64,000 nucleotides of DNA from a virus (taxonomy: Duplodnaviria; Heunggongvirae; Uroviricota; Caudoviricetes). Position numbers and translations under genes: made by a program. Each line of letters begins with the position of its first letter. The first letter of the stretch is position 1. Shown here in pieces: positions 17,957-27,999 of this stretch. The notes beneath the pieces are model-generated. The model was not told the origin of the DNA. It saw nothing but the letters and a program-made list of their open reading frames with translations, and searched no databases. Location: IMG/VR virus record IMGVR_UViG_3300042259_000065; one strand, written 5' to 3'.

Positions 17957-20900
17957 TCATAAACTACAACCACCACTTGCGCAACCAACGTCTTGTACAG
18001 TCTCAATTTTTTGGTGCTTGGAATCTTTACCTGAATTAGTTTTACTATTCACATAATACCGAGTCTTCATACCCATCATATTCATATACATCCAATCTTT
18101 AAGTAAATCCTCCCCTGAGATCTTTTCCTTAGTAAAATCTAAGTAAATATCGGCAGAGATTGATTGGTCTGTGAAAGCTTGTATTGCTGCATAAACATCA
18201 ATTAGATCTTTAGTTTTGATGTCCCAAGCTAGCTCGTAGTAATCTCCGTGGGTATCTACATTAGGTGCCAAGAAACGTGTTTTCTTATTACCATTAGTTT
18301 TTACAACTTTTAATGCTCTAGCAGGTAAAATGCTATTTGTACCATTGGTTGCAATAGAACTAGACTCATTAGGCATAAAGTTTACCATAACACTGTTACG
18401 TACCCCAAACGTTTTAACCTCACTCCTCAAAGTTTCCCAGTCTTGCGTTAAAGGTTGTTTTATAACTTTAAAAACATTCTTGTTCATTGTGTCTATAGGT
18501 AGCCAACCATCTTTCCATTTGGTTTTATGAATCCACTCACATTCTCCACGTTCTTTTGCTAAACGCACACTAGCTTTTATCATTGAATATGAATGTAACT
18601 CTGCCAGTCGGTGAATAAATTGTTTACCTTCTAAACTAGAATACTTCATTTTCTTAACAGCCATTAGCCCTGCAAGATCTGTAATACCTACACCTATATT
18701 ACGACGAGCTTTAGCTGTTGTTTCTAAGGATGGAAAAGGATAATCCATAATATCCATCACATTGTCGATTGACAGTGCTGCATAATAACATACATCCTCC
18801 CATTCGGATTCAGCAACTCTTCTCGCAACTATAGCTGAAAGGCTACACAAGCCTATCTCTGGAATACTACCATCTGAATTGACTGGATTACTTTGATAAA
18901 GCTGTTCTACTGAATCATAACCAACTGTTGGGAACGCGGTTTCCTGACAATTACCTGTTAGAATACCATTAAACATCCCCATCCCACGTTTAGGTTCTGT
19001 AAAACAATACGTATCATCTACACGACCCTCATCAACAACAGAGGATACTTTAACAAACTGTTTAGCATCTCTTTGAGGAAGACGTTTTACTACTTGCATA
19101 CGATTTAGGTATTCTCCTAAACCTAAACACATTAACCGATATACATCATAACTGGTTACTAATAACCTCCAAGATTCTCGACACCAGAAATCCCCATTTT
19201 CACCAGAACCATCATTAAGTGGTAACTTCCGGTAACCTTCTTCCATCATAGGAGTAATCTTAGCAGAGACACCCAGTGTCTGCAACATGTATTGAACTTC
19301 TTTAAGGAAGTTTAATTCTACACTACTACCTACGAGTTGTTGGTTTGTGCCGTTTCTATACACACAACCATCACCATCTAACCAACCGGCAAACCACTTC
19401 AATTTTGACTCAATATCATAATCTTCAGATGGTACGAAAAATTTATCTTTAAGTCCGTCCATTCTACCGATTTCACGGTTTTGTTTATCATCAACAGTAT
19501 GTGTTCGTAAATTAAAGAGTTTTGTTAACTTACGTTTTTCATGGTAGAAATATAAGACTTTCTGACCACCACTCTCACATCCATCCGCAGTAAAGAATCC
19601 GTTTTCATAAGCATTTAGAAGTGTCTTGGCACCATCTAAAACGGGAAGGTCAAACTTAGCTAATTTATCACCTACAGACAATTCATGCGTTCTTTTTACT
19701 GTATAAGGCTTACCGTACCCATCGAATACATACCATTTATGGTAAGGTGTACATTCAAGCTCCTGACCAGATGAAGTTGTTACTTTGAGTAGTTTTTGAT
19801 TTACTCCTGTTTTAACAACCGTAGTCTCTGAGAACTCTTCACCATTCCATACGTTAACAACCTCACCTTCCATTTCTGCTATAGGTATATAGCCGTTGCT
19901 TGTTAAAATCTGAGTTTCAGGGGCAACACAAAGATTTGAGCTATAAATCTTATCTTTATGAGGGGTATGATAATTCATCTCATAAGTATTATGCAGATAA
20001 ACCTGACCACTCTCTTGACCTTGTACTAGAGCTTCAATAGCTAGTTTCTGTGCATTAACAAATTCTTTCTTAACAGGAGCATTAAGGTAGAATTTATAAA
20101 GGTTTTCGAACTTCTCTTGATCTGCTTCATACAGAGCTTCGTGTAAGTCTGGTGCATCTTTATAACTAATAAGCATCCAAGGTTCATTAAGGTACACCTT
20201 CTTTGCAAAAAGTCGATTACTGCCGAAAGAATAGTGAATACCATCCACACGTACCTTAGATGCAGTCTTCTTATTCTTCCATGTAAGGATATCCATAATC
20301 TCAGGGTCAAGGCAGGTTACATGCATAGTAGCAGAACCACCACGACTATTTTGCAAATTTGCAGCGACAGCACTTTGTGTCATAACATAGTAAGGACGTT
20401 TCCCTTGATGGATAGTAGTTCCGCCACGAACCTCATCACCTTTACTACGTGTTTTAATATGTGCCCCAATACCAGCGGATGCACATGTCAACATGTACGC
20501 AATATGATCTCCTGCAGCTAGACTCTTTGCTGTATCATGTGTTGTAAAGGTTGCACAAGATGCATACCCGCGATTTGGTGTACGTAATTGTGTCATAAAT
20601 GGGGTAGGTGCACAGATTTTCTTATCACTGAGGTATGTGTAATACTTTACTACATCATTGATACGACGTTCTTTTGGCATGGTTTTCATATTAGCCATCG
20701 CCATCCCCATATACATGAACTGTGGTGATTCCAGTGAGCGTTGTTCTACACGATTACGAATTACATACTTATCATTAATTTGCTTAATCTCTGGGTAGGA
20801 ATATGTCAGGTCTTTATTATGGTCAATAACACCTTCCAGCAACTTAAATTCATCCTCAGAATAATCTAGTTTTTCCCAGTAACCTTTTGCTACCATGTTA

Positions 20901-21208
20901 TCATGATGCTGTTTTAACGTAGGGATATTTTTAAAACCACCAAAAGCTTCCTTATAAATAACCCCTGCAAGAACTCGTCCAGCCAACATGAAATGTTTTT
21001 CGTCAAACTCTTCTACACAAGCGTCAATAATTGCTTTATCAATAGAACCTGTTGAACATTTATCTGAGAGAAGTTTAAGAGCTTTTAGTGAAATTGTTGA
21101 CCAGTTTACCTTCCTATCTGCTGCCCATCGCATTTTCTTATTGAATTTATTTGGGTCAAAAGGTTCTTCTCGACCATCTGCTTTAATAACAGTTTTAATA
21201 GCTGTCAA
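17957..21208 (-). CDS. nrdA: Ribonucleotide reductase large subunit (class I alpha) interrupted by an intein
   Basis: ATP-cone N-terminus (VIKADGREEPFDPNKF). The active-site region SNL|C..QETAF is split by a 327-aa intein. The ORF is 1083 aa; a normal alpha subunit is ~750 aa. Confidence 0.9.
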   Translation of the reverse strand: MTAIKTVIKADGREEPFDPNKFNKKMRWAADRKVNWSTISLKALKLLSDKCSTGSIDKAIIDACVEEFDEKHFMLAGRVLAGVIYKEAFGGFKNIPTLKQHHDNMVAKGYWEKLDYSEDEFKLLEGVIDHNKDLTYSYPEIKQINDKYVIRNRVEQRSLESPQFMYMGMAMANMKTMPKERRINDVVKYYTYLSDKKICAPTPFMTQLRTPNRGYASCATFTTHDTAKSLAAGDHIAYMLTCASAGIGAHIKTRSKGDEVRGGTTIHQGKRPYYVMTQSAVAANLQNSRGGSATMHVTCLDPEIMDILTWKNKKTASKVRVDGIHYSFGSNRLFAKKVYLNEPWMLISYKDAPDLHEALYEADQEKFENLYKFYLNAPVKKEFVNAQKLAIEALVQGQESGQVYLHNTYEMNYHTPHKDKIYSSNLCVAPETQILTSNGYIPIAEMEGEVVNVWNGEEFSETTVVKTGVNQKLLKVTTSSGQELECTPYHKWYVFDGYGKPYTVKRTHELSVGDKLAKFDLPVLDGAKTLLNAYENGFFTADGCESGGQKVLYFYHEKRKLTKLFNLRTHTVDDKQNREIGRMDGLKDKFFVPSEDYDIESKLKWFAGWLDGDGCVYRNGTNQQLVGSSVELNFLKEVQYMLQTLGVSAKITPMMEEGYRKLPLNDGSGENGDFWCRESWRLLVTSYDVYRLMCLGLGEYLNRMQVVKRLPQRDAKQFVKVSSVVDEGRVDDTYCFTEPKRGMGMFNGILTGNCQETAFPTVGYDSVEQLYQSNPVNSDGSIPEIGLCSLSAIVARRVAESEWEDVCYYAALSIDNVMDIMDYPFPSLETTAKARRNIGVGITDLAGLMAVKKMKYSSLEGKQFIHRLAELHSYSMIKASVRLAKERGECEWIHKTKWKDGWLPIDTMNKNVFKVIKQPLTQDWETLRSEVKTFGVRNSVMVNFMPNESSSIATNGTNSILPARALKVVKTNGNKKTRFLAPNVDTHGDYYELAWDIKTKDLIDVYAAIQAFTDQSISADIYLDFTKEKISGEDLLKDWMYMNMMGMKTRYYVNSKTNSGKDSKHQKIETVQDVGCASGGCSL
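18950..19930 (-). mobile_element. Intein (LAGLIDADG homing-endonuclease type) inside nrdA, aa 427-753
   Basis: Begins CVAPETQILTSNGYIPIAEM (block A). Contains WFAGWLDGDGCV and a second LAGLIDADG-like helix. Ends GMFNGILTGN, followed by the +1 Cys, which is the RNR catalytic cysteine. Confidence 0.7.
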
Positions 21209-21960
21209 CTCACTTTCTCCTTATTTGTTATAATATAATTGATTTCATCTATAGTTATACTTCTAACACCTGCTGTGTAAGAAGCCTCTTTGCATATTAA
21301 ATCTTGGTATTTTTCTATAAGGTTTAAATCCCCTTTCACGTAAAGACTACTTGATGCAGTAAACTCATCTAAACTAATGACTTTACCTGCCCTTCCACCA
21401 ACACGTCTAATTGTGAAATCATAATCCTCTGGATTACCTTTTTCAAGATATTTATTAAACTTTAAAACTTCTCTATGTTTACGAACCCATATTTGAAATA
21501 CACAAGGGACATTGTAAACCACTCCATTAAGAATGAAGCTATTATCAGGTAAATCCACCTCTAAAGCAACAGATAAATTATGGGAAACTTTCTCTTGGAA
21601 CAATACCTTCTTAAAAGTTTTTGGTAAGATAAACGCAATAACAGTAGCCCCATATTTTTCCGAGTGGTTAATAAATTTTAGAGCTAAAGAACTTGCAAAA
21701 CCAAAAGGTGGATTTCCTACTACAATTTTGTTCTCAAGATCATATATATCAAAAAAATCAGATTTTACTACGCTTTCGTGTTTAGGCTCAAGATCGTAAG
21801 CTTCCCATGTCAGGCTATTATCCAAGAACGCTCCACACCCTGCACTGGGTTCTACGAAAGTATAATCTGTCTTACCTAGATAATTTGTTAGTAGTGATAA
21901 GCAATATTGAGCAACCTCTGGGCGCGTATAGTATTGATCGAGAGAATTCTTTTTACTCAT
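21205..21960 (-). CDS. DNA methyltransferase, gamma-class; paralog of 10875..11687
   Basis: YYTRPEVA, EPSAGCGAF, GNPPFG. Confidence 0.7.
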   Translation of the reverse strand: MSKKNSLDQYYTRPEVAQYCLSLLTNYLGKTDYTFVEPSAGCGAFLDNSLTWEAYDLEPKHESVVKSDFFDIYDLENKIVVGNPPFGFASSLALKFINHSEKYGATVIAFILPKTFKKVLFQEKVSHNLSVALEVDLPDNSFILNGVVYNVPCVFQIWVRKHREVLKFNKYLEKGNPEDYDFTIRRVGGRAGKVISLDEFTASSSLYVKGDLNLIEKYQDLICKEASYTAGVRSITIDEINYIITNKEKVS

Positions 21961-22360
21961 CTAAAAACACCTTACCTTTCTCGGACACTTCCAAGGATCT
22001 CCAATCTTTAAACCAAAGTTTAACACTATAAACATCTTTCAAGTTGATAAAAATACAACCAGAATAATTCTCCTTAGCATCACTCAATATATCTGTACCC
22101 TCTTTACTACGTCCAAAACCCTTAGTTAATGATGGAGATATGTCAAAAGTATTATCCCTAGAACACCAAACCTTCCAACGATTACCTTGAAAATCCTCCA
22201 GACACACCAAATTCTTTTTGTCTAAGTGTAGCACAGATAATTCTGGAAAATAATCACTTAAAATATATGGGATCACTTGTGCTAATGCGGAAGTCTTCTT
22301 CCAAAGTATTTTAGAGGTATAATCTTTAAAGTAGTTTTCTAAGTTAATAACACATTTCAC
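21953..22360 (-). CDS. Hypothetical protein
   Basis: 135-aa ORF. Confidence 0.45.
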   Translation of the reverse strand: MKCVINLENYFKDYTSKILWKKTSALAQVIPYILSDYFPELSVLHLDKKNLVCLEDFQGNRWKVWCSRDNTFDISPSLTKGFGRSKEGTDILSDAKENYSGCIFINLKDVYSVKLWFKDWRSLEVSEKGKVFLDE

Positions 22361-22372
22361 AATAACCCCCTG

Positions 22373-22555
22373 TTAATCTCGTACTGATTCGCAAAAGTTA
22401 TCATATTCTTCATCATTCTTCCAACGTTGAAAATCAAGATAACCTTCCCATTCAATATTCTTATATCCAAACAACTCTGCATCAGATTTCTTAGTATAAT
22501 CAGTATCTGTTAATCCAAGGCGAGTCAAATCTTCTGTATTAATTTCTTCTTTCAT
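22373..22555 (-). CDS. Hypothetical small protein
   Basis: 60-aa ORF. Confidence 0.35.
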   Translation of the reverse strand: MKEEINTEDLTRLGLTDTDYTKKSDAELFGYKNIEWEGYLDFQRWKNDEEYDNFCESVRD

Positions 22556-22947
22556 TAAATCACCTTTCTAGATTTAGGATTGTTTGGGTCATAATCACCC
22601 ACTTCCAGAATATCAATCAAATTTGTAAGATGTGCGTTACCTGTTACAACAGCACACCCTTCATAAAGTTTAGATAGTGGATGTGGAATATTAGTATAAA
22701 CAATCTTACCTTTTTCGTCAAGACATTTTACTCTGTTTCGAAGATAGCCCTTTATGACCAAACCTTCTTTAACTTTACTAGGTGTTTTTTGACAACGGAA
22801 CAATTGCATCCGAGTTTCAATCTTCTTTGTAATATCAAACCCTATCAGAAAAAGTGCTTGCTTTTGGGTAAGTTCTTCACCTTTCAGAAGAGTATATCGT
22901 TCCATCCATTGATTAAGTGTTTCCAGTGAAATTGCTGCTAATTGCAT
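22555..22947 (-). CDS. Hypothetical protein
   Basis: 130-aa ORF. Confidence 0.45.
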   Translation of the reverse strand: MQLAAISLETLNQWMERYTLLKGEELTQKQALFLIGFDITKKIETRMQLFRCQKTPSKVKEGLVIKGYLRNRVKCLDEKGKIVYTNIPHPLSKLYEGCAVVTGNAHLTNLIDILEVGDYDPNNPKSRKVI

Positions 22948-22950
22948 ATA

Positions 22951-23337
22951 CTACTCCTGAATAAAGCCTTGACGGTTTGCTGAGGATTCAACGATTTTAT
23001 AAATAGGTTCATGAAAATCATCGAGGAAGCGTTGCATCGCATCAGAAACCCGTTGTTCCAAGATTTCTGGGGTAATGTTACAATCTTCATAGCACTTCTT
23101 CATGAGGGTTTCGAATTTAACAGATTCCTCCATCAACTGGTCTAGCATACTGTCTTCAAAAGTAACTTTGTATGAATTAGCAAATACTTCTTTTACAAAA
23201 CCTTGTTCTTTTAGAAGGTCATCCATTTCTTTCATACCCTCTTTATCTAACCCAAGATAATTATACATTCCAACTTGTAGGTTCTTCATCATTTGCTTTT
23301 CTAGGTTAGCAAAATATTGTTGTTTTACATCTGACAT
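22951..23337 (-). CDS. Hypothetical protein
   Basis: 128-aa ORF. Confidence 0.45.
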   Translation of the reverse strand: MSDVKQQYFANLEKQMMKNLQVGMYNYLGLDKEGMKEMDDLLKEQGFVKEVFANSYKVTFEDSMLDQLMEESVKFETLMKKCYEDCNITPEILEQRVSDAMQRFLDDFHEPIYKIVESSANRQGFIQE

Positions 23338-23930
23338 TTATTCTCCTTATATTTCTCCTTTGGTAGAACAATAGAACCATATTCAAAAGGTTTAGTCTCT
23401 CCAAAACTTACAATCATTGAGGGAAAAGGTGCTGGATTAAGCTTACCGTGTTTACCATACAGACTGTTCTTCTTACCGTCAACAATCTCTTGTTCCCAAA
23501 GCCACTCCCAATACTCATCCATACCGAAAGTAATACGACCTTTTACGAATCTGACAGATGTAGCTTTGTTTAATATAATGTCGTGGTATAGTTCTGTATC
23601 TGTCCTAGATGGTATCAATACATCTGCAATAATACCGTCATATTCACACCAATCAACAACCTTCTCGATAAATTTCTTTTGATTACGACCATACTCAGGG
23701 TTAACAAACATTTGAATAGGTTCACCGAGTGCTGTTTGGAAACCTTCTAAAGTTTCGTAAGAGAACATATCCATTTCTGGTGTGATATACATACTACATT
23801 TTGCTGTCTCAGGCAATGCACATGGATCAAGATTATATTTACGTCCTAATTGTTCTTGGATACTATAAAACGTCTTCCATCGAGTACCCCATTGTTGATT
23901 TTGTGATGAAAACATTAAATCTTTATTCAA
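23325..23930 (-). CDS. Phage Dam-family DNA N6-adenine methyltransferase
   Basis: WGTRWKTF...LDPCAL and FVNPEYGRN resemble the DPCA / NPPY-like blocks of the phage Dam family. Confidence 0.55.
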   Translation of the reverse strand: MNKDLMFSSQNQQWGTRWKTFYSIQEQLGRKYNLDPCALPETAKCSMYITPEMDMFSYETLEGFQTALGEPIQMFVNPEYGRNQKKFIEKVVDWCEYDGIIADVLIPSRTDTELYHDIILNKATSVRFVKGRITFGMDEYWEWLWEQEIVDGKKNSLYGKHGKLNPAPFPSMIVSFGETKPFEYGSIVLPKEKYKENKCQM

Positions 23931-24419
23931 CTATACTTTCCTCCAAATATTAACACCAACATTATCACACAGTGGTACAGTTTCTACAACCTTAAAATCA
24001 GGATTATTTTCCCAAAGGTTTGTATCAATAAAAGTATCACATTTATAAGAGGTATTAATCTTCGAATGATGTACCTCCTCTACAAAAGGAAACAATTGCT
24101 CATATATTGATTTACCACCAATAATCCAAATATCACCCCTAACACGATTTAAGTATTCCGAATGGGATTCCCATGCTGACACATCTGTGACAATATTCCC
24201 AATACCTGCTGCCTTTTTATTATGAGAGATAATCCAGTTTAATCTGTTAGGTAACCCATTCTTAAAGGGTAAACTTTCAAAAGTCTTACGCCCCATGACA
24301 ACAGTTTTACCTTGTGTGATATCTCTAAAGTATTTTAAATCTTCTGGAATGTGCCAAGGTAATGAGTTTTCATAACCTAATCCTCCATTGATATCTGTTG
24401 CCAAAATCATTTTAATCAT
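23931..24419 (-). CDS. frd: Dihydrofolate reductase
   Basis: MIKMILATDINGGLGYENSLPWHIPEDLKYFRDITQGKTVVMGRKTFESLP matches the DHFR N-terminal consensus. Confidence 0.85.
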   Translation of the reverse strand: MIKMILATDINGGLGYENSLPWHIPEDLKYFRDITQGKTVVMGRKTFESLPFKNGLPNRLNWIISHNKKAAGIGNIVTDVSAWESHSEYLNRVRGDIWIIGGKSIYEQLFPFVEEVHHSKINTSYKCDTFIDTNLWENNPDFKVVETVPLCDNVGVNIWRKV

Positions 24420-24427
24420 GGAAACTC

Positions 24428-25348
24428 CTAACTTGCTTGTGGTGCTTTAATGAATCCATGAGGATTATAACCCTTTAGTTTAAAGTCTGCACCTGTTAAT
24501 TTAAGTAAATCTTCTAAACTATTAAACTCTGGTAAAATTAATTCTGGTAATACCCTTGGTTCACGAGAAAGTTGTTCTTTTACTTGTTCAATGTGATTAG
24601 AATAAATATGAATATCAGTTCCCATGTAAACAAGTTCCCCTACTTCCAAACCAGTCAATTTGGAAAGGATATGGCATAGTAGTGCATAACTAGATACATT
24701 ATATGGATTTCCCAAGAAAACGTCATTTGACCTGCAGTGGAAACGTAGATTCAATTTTCCATCACGAACAATACATTGGAAAGAGTCATGACATGCACTT
24801 AATGCTGCTACTTCTTTCTCACCAGTTGTATGATCATATGGGTTCCAAGCTGTTACAATCAATCTACGGGCTTGTTTTAAGTTACCATTCTTTACATCAA
24901 TAATATTATCAATCAAAGTTTTAATTTGATCATGTTGGAAAGGGTAACCATTTTTATTGCACGAGTAATAACCTCTCCACTGTTTACCGTAAATTCTACC
25001 ACCAAGTTCATTACAACGTTGACCTAAAATATCTTGTCCAATATTATCGATATTATCCCAGTACTTTTCGAAATCATCTGACCAAATAGTATGGGAACCT
25101 TTTTCCTTATTTTGATACTTACGAAGAGATTTCAAATCAGTATTTGCACTCAAGAACCATAGAAGTTCCCCAGCAATCAGATTGAAGTTAATTTTCTTTG
25201 TTGTAAGCAAAGGAAAACCTTTGGATAAATCATGCCGAATCATCCCACCAAAGATTGAATATGTCCCTGTACCTGTCCTGTCTCCAACAAAGTCACCTTC
25301 TGATAAAACCTTATTGCACAATGCAAGATATTCTGTCTCGTAATTCAA
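24428..25348 (-). CDS. thyA: Thymidylate synthase
   Basis: DRTGTGT, the ACHDSFQ active-site Cys block, RSNDVFLGNPYNVSSYALL, and a C-terminal GYNPHGFIKAPQAS. The ORF is uninterrupted, with no intron. Confidence 0.9.
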   Translation of the reverse strand: MNYETEYLALCNKVLSEGDFVGDRTGTGTYSIFGGMIRHDLSKGFPLLTTKKINFNLIAGELLWFLSANTDLKSLRKYQNKEKGSHTIWSDDFEKYWDNIDNIGQDILGQRCNELGGRIYGKQWRGYYSCNKNGYPFQHDQIKTLIDNIIDVKNGNLKQARRLIVTAWNPYDHTTGEKEVAALSACHDSFQCIVRDGKLNLRFHCRSNDVFLGNPYNVSSYALLCHILSKLTGLEVGELVYMGTDIHIYSNHIEQVKEQLSREPRVLPELILPEFNSLEDLLKLTGADFKLKGYNPHGFIKAPQAS

Positions 25349-25854
25349 ACCAACCTCACTTCACACGACGATTAATTTCATTCACAATTTGAGACTTTCG
25401 TGAACCAGATGCATTCTTCAATTCGGAACGCAATGCTTCAAGCGACATTTCTTTAACACTTTTACGCTGTTTATTCTTTGCCATTATCATTCTCCTTTCT
25501 AAATTATAATCTTACTTAACCAAAACAACCCTGTTATTAAAATAGCCAATCCGTTAGCTACAATAAATATTACCACATAATCCCCTTTTGTCAATGGCTT
25601 AGTTGTCAAATAATGCAAGAATTTTCCAATAACAATTGTGGCTATGAGGTAGAGTATTAGTAATTCAACCATACTTACTCTAGAGGCTTATCCTCTTTCT
25701 GATAAACACCACTTGCTTCACACAAATCTGCTAAAATGCATATAAGATGTGGGACAAGTTTAGGTTGATAAATATCTTCTTCACTTTGTGGAATAGGTAA
25801 TCCTTGTTGTGTGAAAAGATGCTCAATTAAGGCTTTGGTTTCTTTCATGTTAAA

Positions 25855-26892
25855 TCACCGATTAGTTACATTCATAAGTAAACTTGCACGTTTATCTTTA
25901 GAAAACAAATTAACACGTCCCCGAACAAAACTCCCACAATCTTGACAACGATACTGTTGGAATTTACTCAGTGATGTATAAGCATAACCATCTTCAACAA
26001 GATGTGTAGAGCCACATGTGCAACGTGTGTGTGTATCATCCAAGTAGAGTGCATAGTTTACAGAACGATCATCCCAAGCACGTAGTTTTAACCACAATTC
26101 CTCTAAAGATAATACATCATAAATGTTATAAACTCTCATTTCTTCCCAAGCTTCTTCATTCTCAAGCATACATTGCTTCCAAAGTTCAAAACCAGCGAAA
26201 CTCCCATGTGTCTGTTTCTTAAATTCAACACAAAGCTTATCAGTCATCCATTCAAGCTTATTAGACGTGAACCCAAACTTACGTTTAGCAATATCAAGTG
26301 TATCTTCTGTTTTAACAGGAGAATATGGTTTATAACCATTCATAATTAAACGAGCGTTAAGTTTCTTGATATCAAATCTACGATGGTTTTGACCAACCAC
26401 AACCTCTGCTTCATCCATAAGACACCAAAGGTCATGTAGTAACTCTGAATCATCTTCTGTGCTAACTTTACCTTTTAGATCTTTATACATCACCTCATCA
26501 GAACCTAACCATTTTGCAGAGTAGCTAAGAATATACCACTCATTCTCGATTTGATTAAGACCGAAGTTCTGATTGAAAAGTGCCCACCCATATAAAGTAC
26601 ACGGTGCTGTTTCCAGATCGATCAGAAGTACTTTAGGATGTAGAGTTTTTAAAGTTGTATCACTCTTACTATACTTCACCTTACCTTCCCGCCAATCAGA
26701 AAGGATATAATTTACACTAGATTTCTTCTTCTCAGAAATCCCTAATTCACGACAAATCTTACGAGATGAAACTCCCTGTAAATGAAGTTCAATGATTTTA
26801 TCAACTTGCTCTTGTGTATATTTTGACAAACTACTCTCCTTTCTCAAGTAACTTCTTCTCTTCACGAAGCTTAACATTTCGCGCATATTCAA
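25855..26892 (-). CDS. Putative DEDD 3'-5' exonuclease with N-terminal HTH and C-terminal Zn-ribbon
   Basis: HTH-like QGVSSRKICRELGIS, a DEDD-like VLLIDLETAP, and C-terminal CTCGS...CQDCGS. Confidence 0.4.
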   Translation of the reverse strand: MNMREMLSFVKRRSYLRKESSLSKYTQEQVDKIIELHLQGVSSRKICRELGISEKKKSSVNYILSDWREGKVKYSKSDTTLKTLHPKVLLIDLETAPCTLYGWALFNQNFGLNQIENEWYILSYSAKWLGSDEVMYKDLKGKVSTEDDSELLHDLWCLMDEAEVVVGQNHRRFDIKKLNARLIMNGYKPYSPVKTEDTLDIAKRKFGFTSNKLEWMTDKLCVEFKKQTHGSFAGFELWKQCMLENEEAWEEMRVYNIYDVLSLEELWLKLRAWDDRSVNYALYLDDTHTRCTCGSTHLVEDGYAYTSLSKFQQYRCQDCGSFVRGRVNLFSKDKRASLLMNVTNR

Positions 26893-27076
26893 GTTTATAA
26901 ATAAACTGTGCAGCTTTGGTTACAGTTTTAAATTTCTTCAATTTATGGTTGATTGTGACAAATCGACCTTCTCCATCTTTAATGTAAATGAATCCATTGA
27001 TACGAGGTGTGGGATGGAACCAATAATCTTTAGGGTTGTTCAAATTATTTCCTCTTATAAAATGTGTGGTTATCAA
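26831..27076 (-). CDS. Hypothetical protein
   Basis: 81-aa ORF that overlaps the downstream gene start by 62 nt. Confidence 0.35.
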   Translation of the reverse strand: MITTHFIRGNNLNNPKDYWFHPTPRINGFIYIKDGEGRFVTINHKLKKFKTVTKAAQFIYKLEYARNVKLREEKKLLEKGE

Positions 27077-27602
27077 TTGTAGTAACCTTCTTCATCCTTG
27101 ATGAAGTGCTCCACTCTGGAGTGATGTTCACATGATGATAGTGATCCACCCCTTGTGACAACGAAAGAAACAACTCTTTATTAAGAATGTACTTATCTAC
27201 AAGTTTAGTTAATCTCTTAATTTGATGTTTATCTTTCATTAAATCATCACGACCATCCGATGACCACGAATACTGAAATTTCTGTTTAATTACCTCACAA
27301 GGTGTATTTGGAAAGTTCTTAGATTTAACACGATTGAACACACTATTGAGAACCATAATGTTTGCCATATCAGAGTCACTGCGACTTTCATGGTAAAGAT
27401 TCATCACAAGGCAAGTTCTGTCACCAACATCAGCTTTCATGATATCGTGAACATTCTCAACCTCACTACTCTTTGCATCACAACTTACCAAGATTGCAGA
27501 AGCAACAAGTGTTCCAAGCAACATTGGCATTGAAAAGTCTAATGCTTTATCGAAGTGTGGCACAAGTCTCTGCTTGAGTTTATTCTTTAATTTACGCATC
27601 AT
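27045..27602 (-). CDS. Cell-wall hydrolase (SleB / Hydrolase_2-like) with N-terminal signal/TM
   Basis: LVMNLYHESRSDSDMANIMVLNSVFNRVKSKNFPNTPCEVIKQKFQYSW resembles the Hydrolase_2 core. The N-terminus is hydrophobic. Confidence 0.5.
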   Translation of the reverse strand: MMRKLKNKLKQRLVPHFDKALDFSMPMLLGTLVASAILVSCDAKSSEVENVHDIMKADVGDRTCLVMNLYHESRSDSDMANIMVLNSVFNRVKSKNFPNTPCEVIKQKFQYSWSSDGRDDLMKDKHQIKRLTKLVDKYILNKELFLSLSQGVDHYHHVNITPEWSTSSRMKKVTTIDNHTFYKRK

Positions 27603-27798
27603 CTAATCTTCCGTTCAAGGTGTTGATGACCACAATCTTGACAAGTAGTTACATGAAAGCATTCTGTTTCTGTGTAGTGTGTATTTGAATGACTACACAA
27701 CAATCTTTTCCATAAACGTTTTAGCCAGTACATAAAGTTCTCCTTTTGGTGTCATAGGAATATTGATAATAACACAGAAACAATTATTGTCAACTGTT

Positions 27799-27999
27799 TT
27801 AATCCAATAAACCTAGTTCTTTAAAAGTAAGATTATTTGTATATTCAATATCCTCTTTGGTAACATCTAATCCTGCCAGAATATCATAGATTGTCAAATA
27901 CTTACCTTCGCCAAGATAAAGGTCTTCATCTGGCATAGCATCATAGATTTTCTGAGCACTCAGAAGTTTTACTGCTTGATATTTATTAACTTTTGTCAA
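27799..27999 (-). CDS. Hypothetical small protein
   Basis: 66-aa ORF. Confidence 0.35.
   Translation of the reverse strand: MTKVNKYQAVKLLSAQKIYDAMPDEDLYLGEGKYLTIYDILAGLDVTKEDIEYTNNLTFKELGLLD

Noticed and set aside
24428-25348. Group I intron in thyA (as in T4 td) or in nrdB
   Set aside because: Both ORFs are continuous and full length, with all conserved blocks in order. The only interruption in the cluster is the intein in nrdA.
25370-25680. Two small minus-strand ORFs (~40-55 codons) between thyA and the exonuclease-like gene, one strongly hydrophobic
   Set aside because: They are likely real small genes, but my hand translation gave inconsistent frame and length bookkeeping, so I did not assign coordinates.
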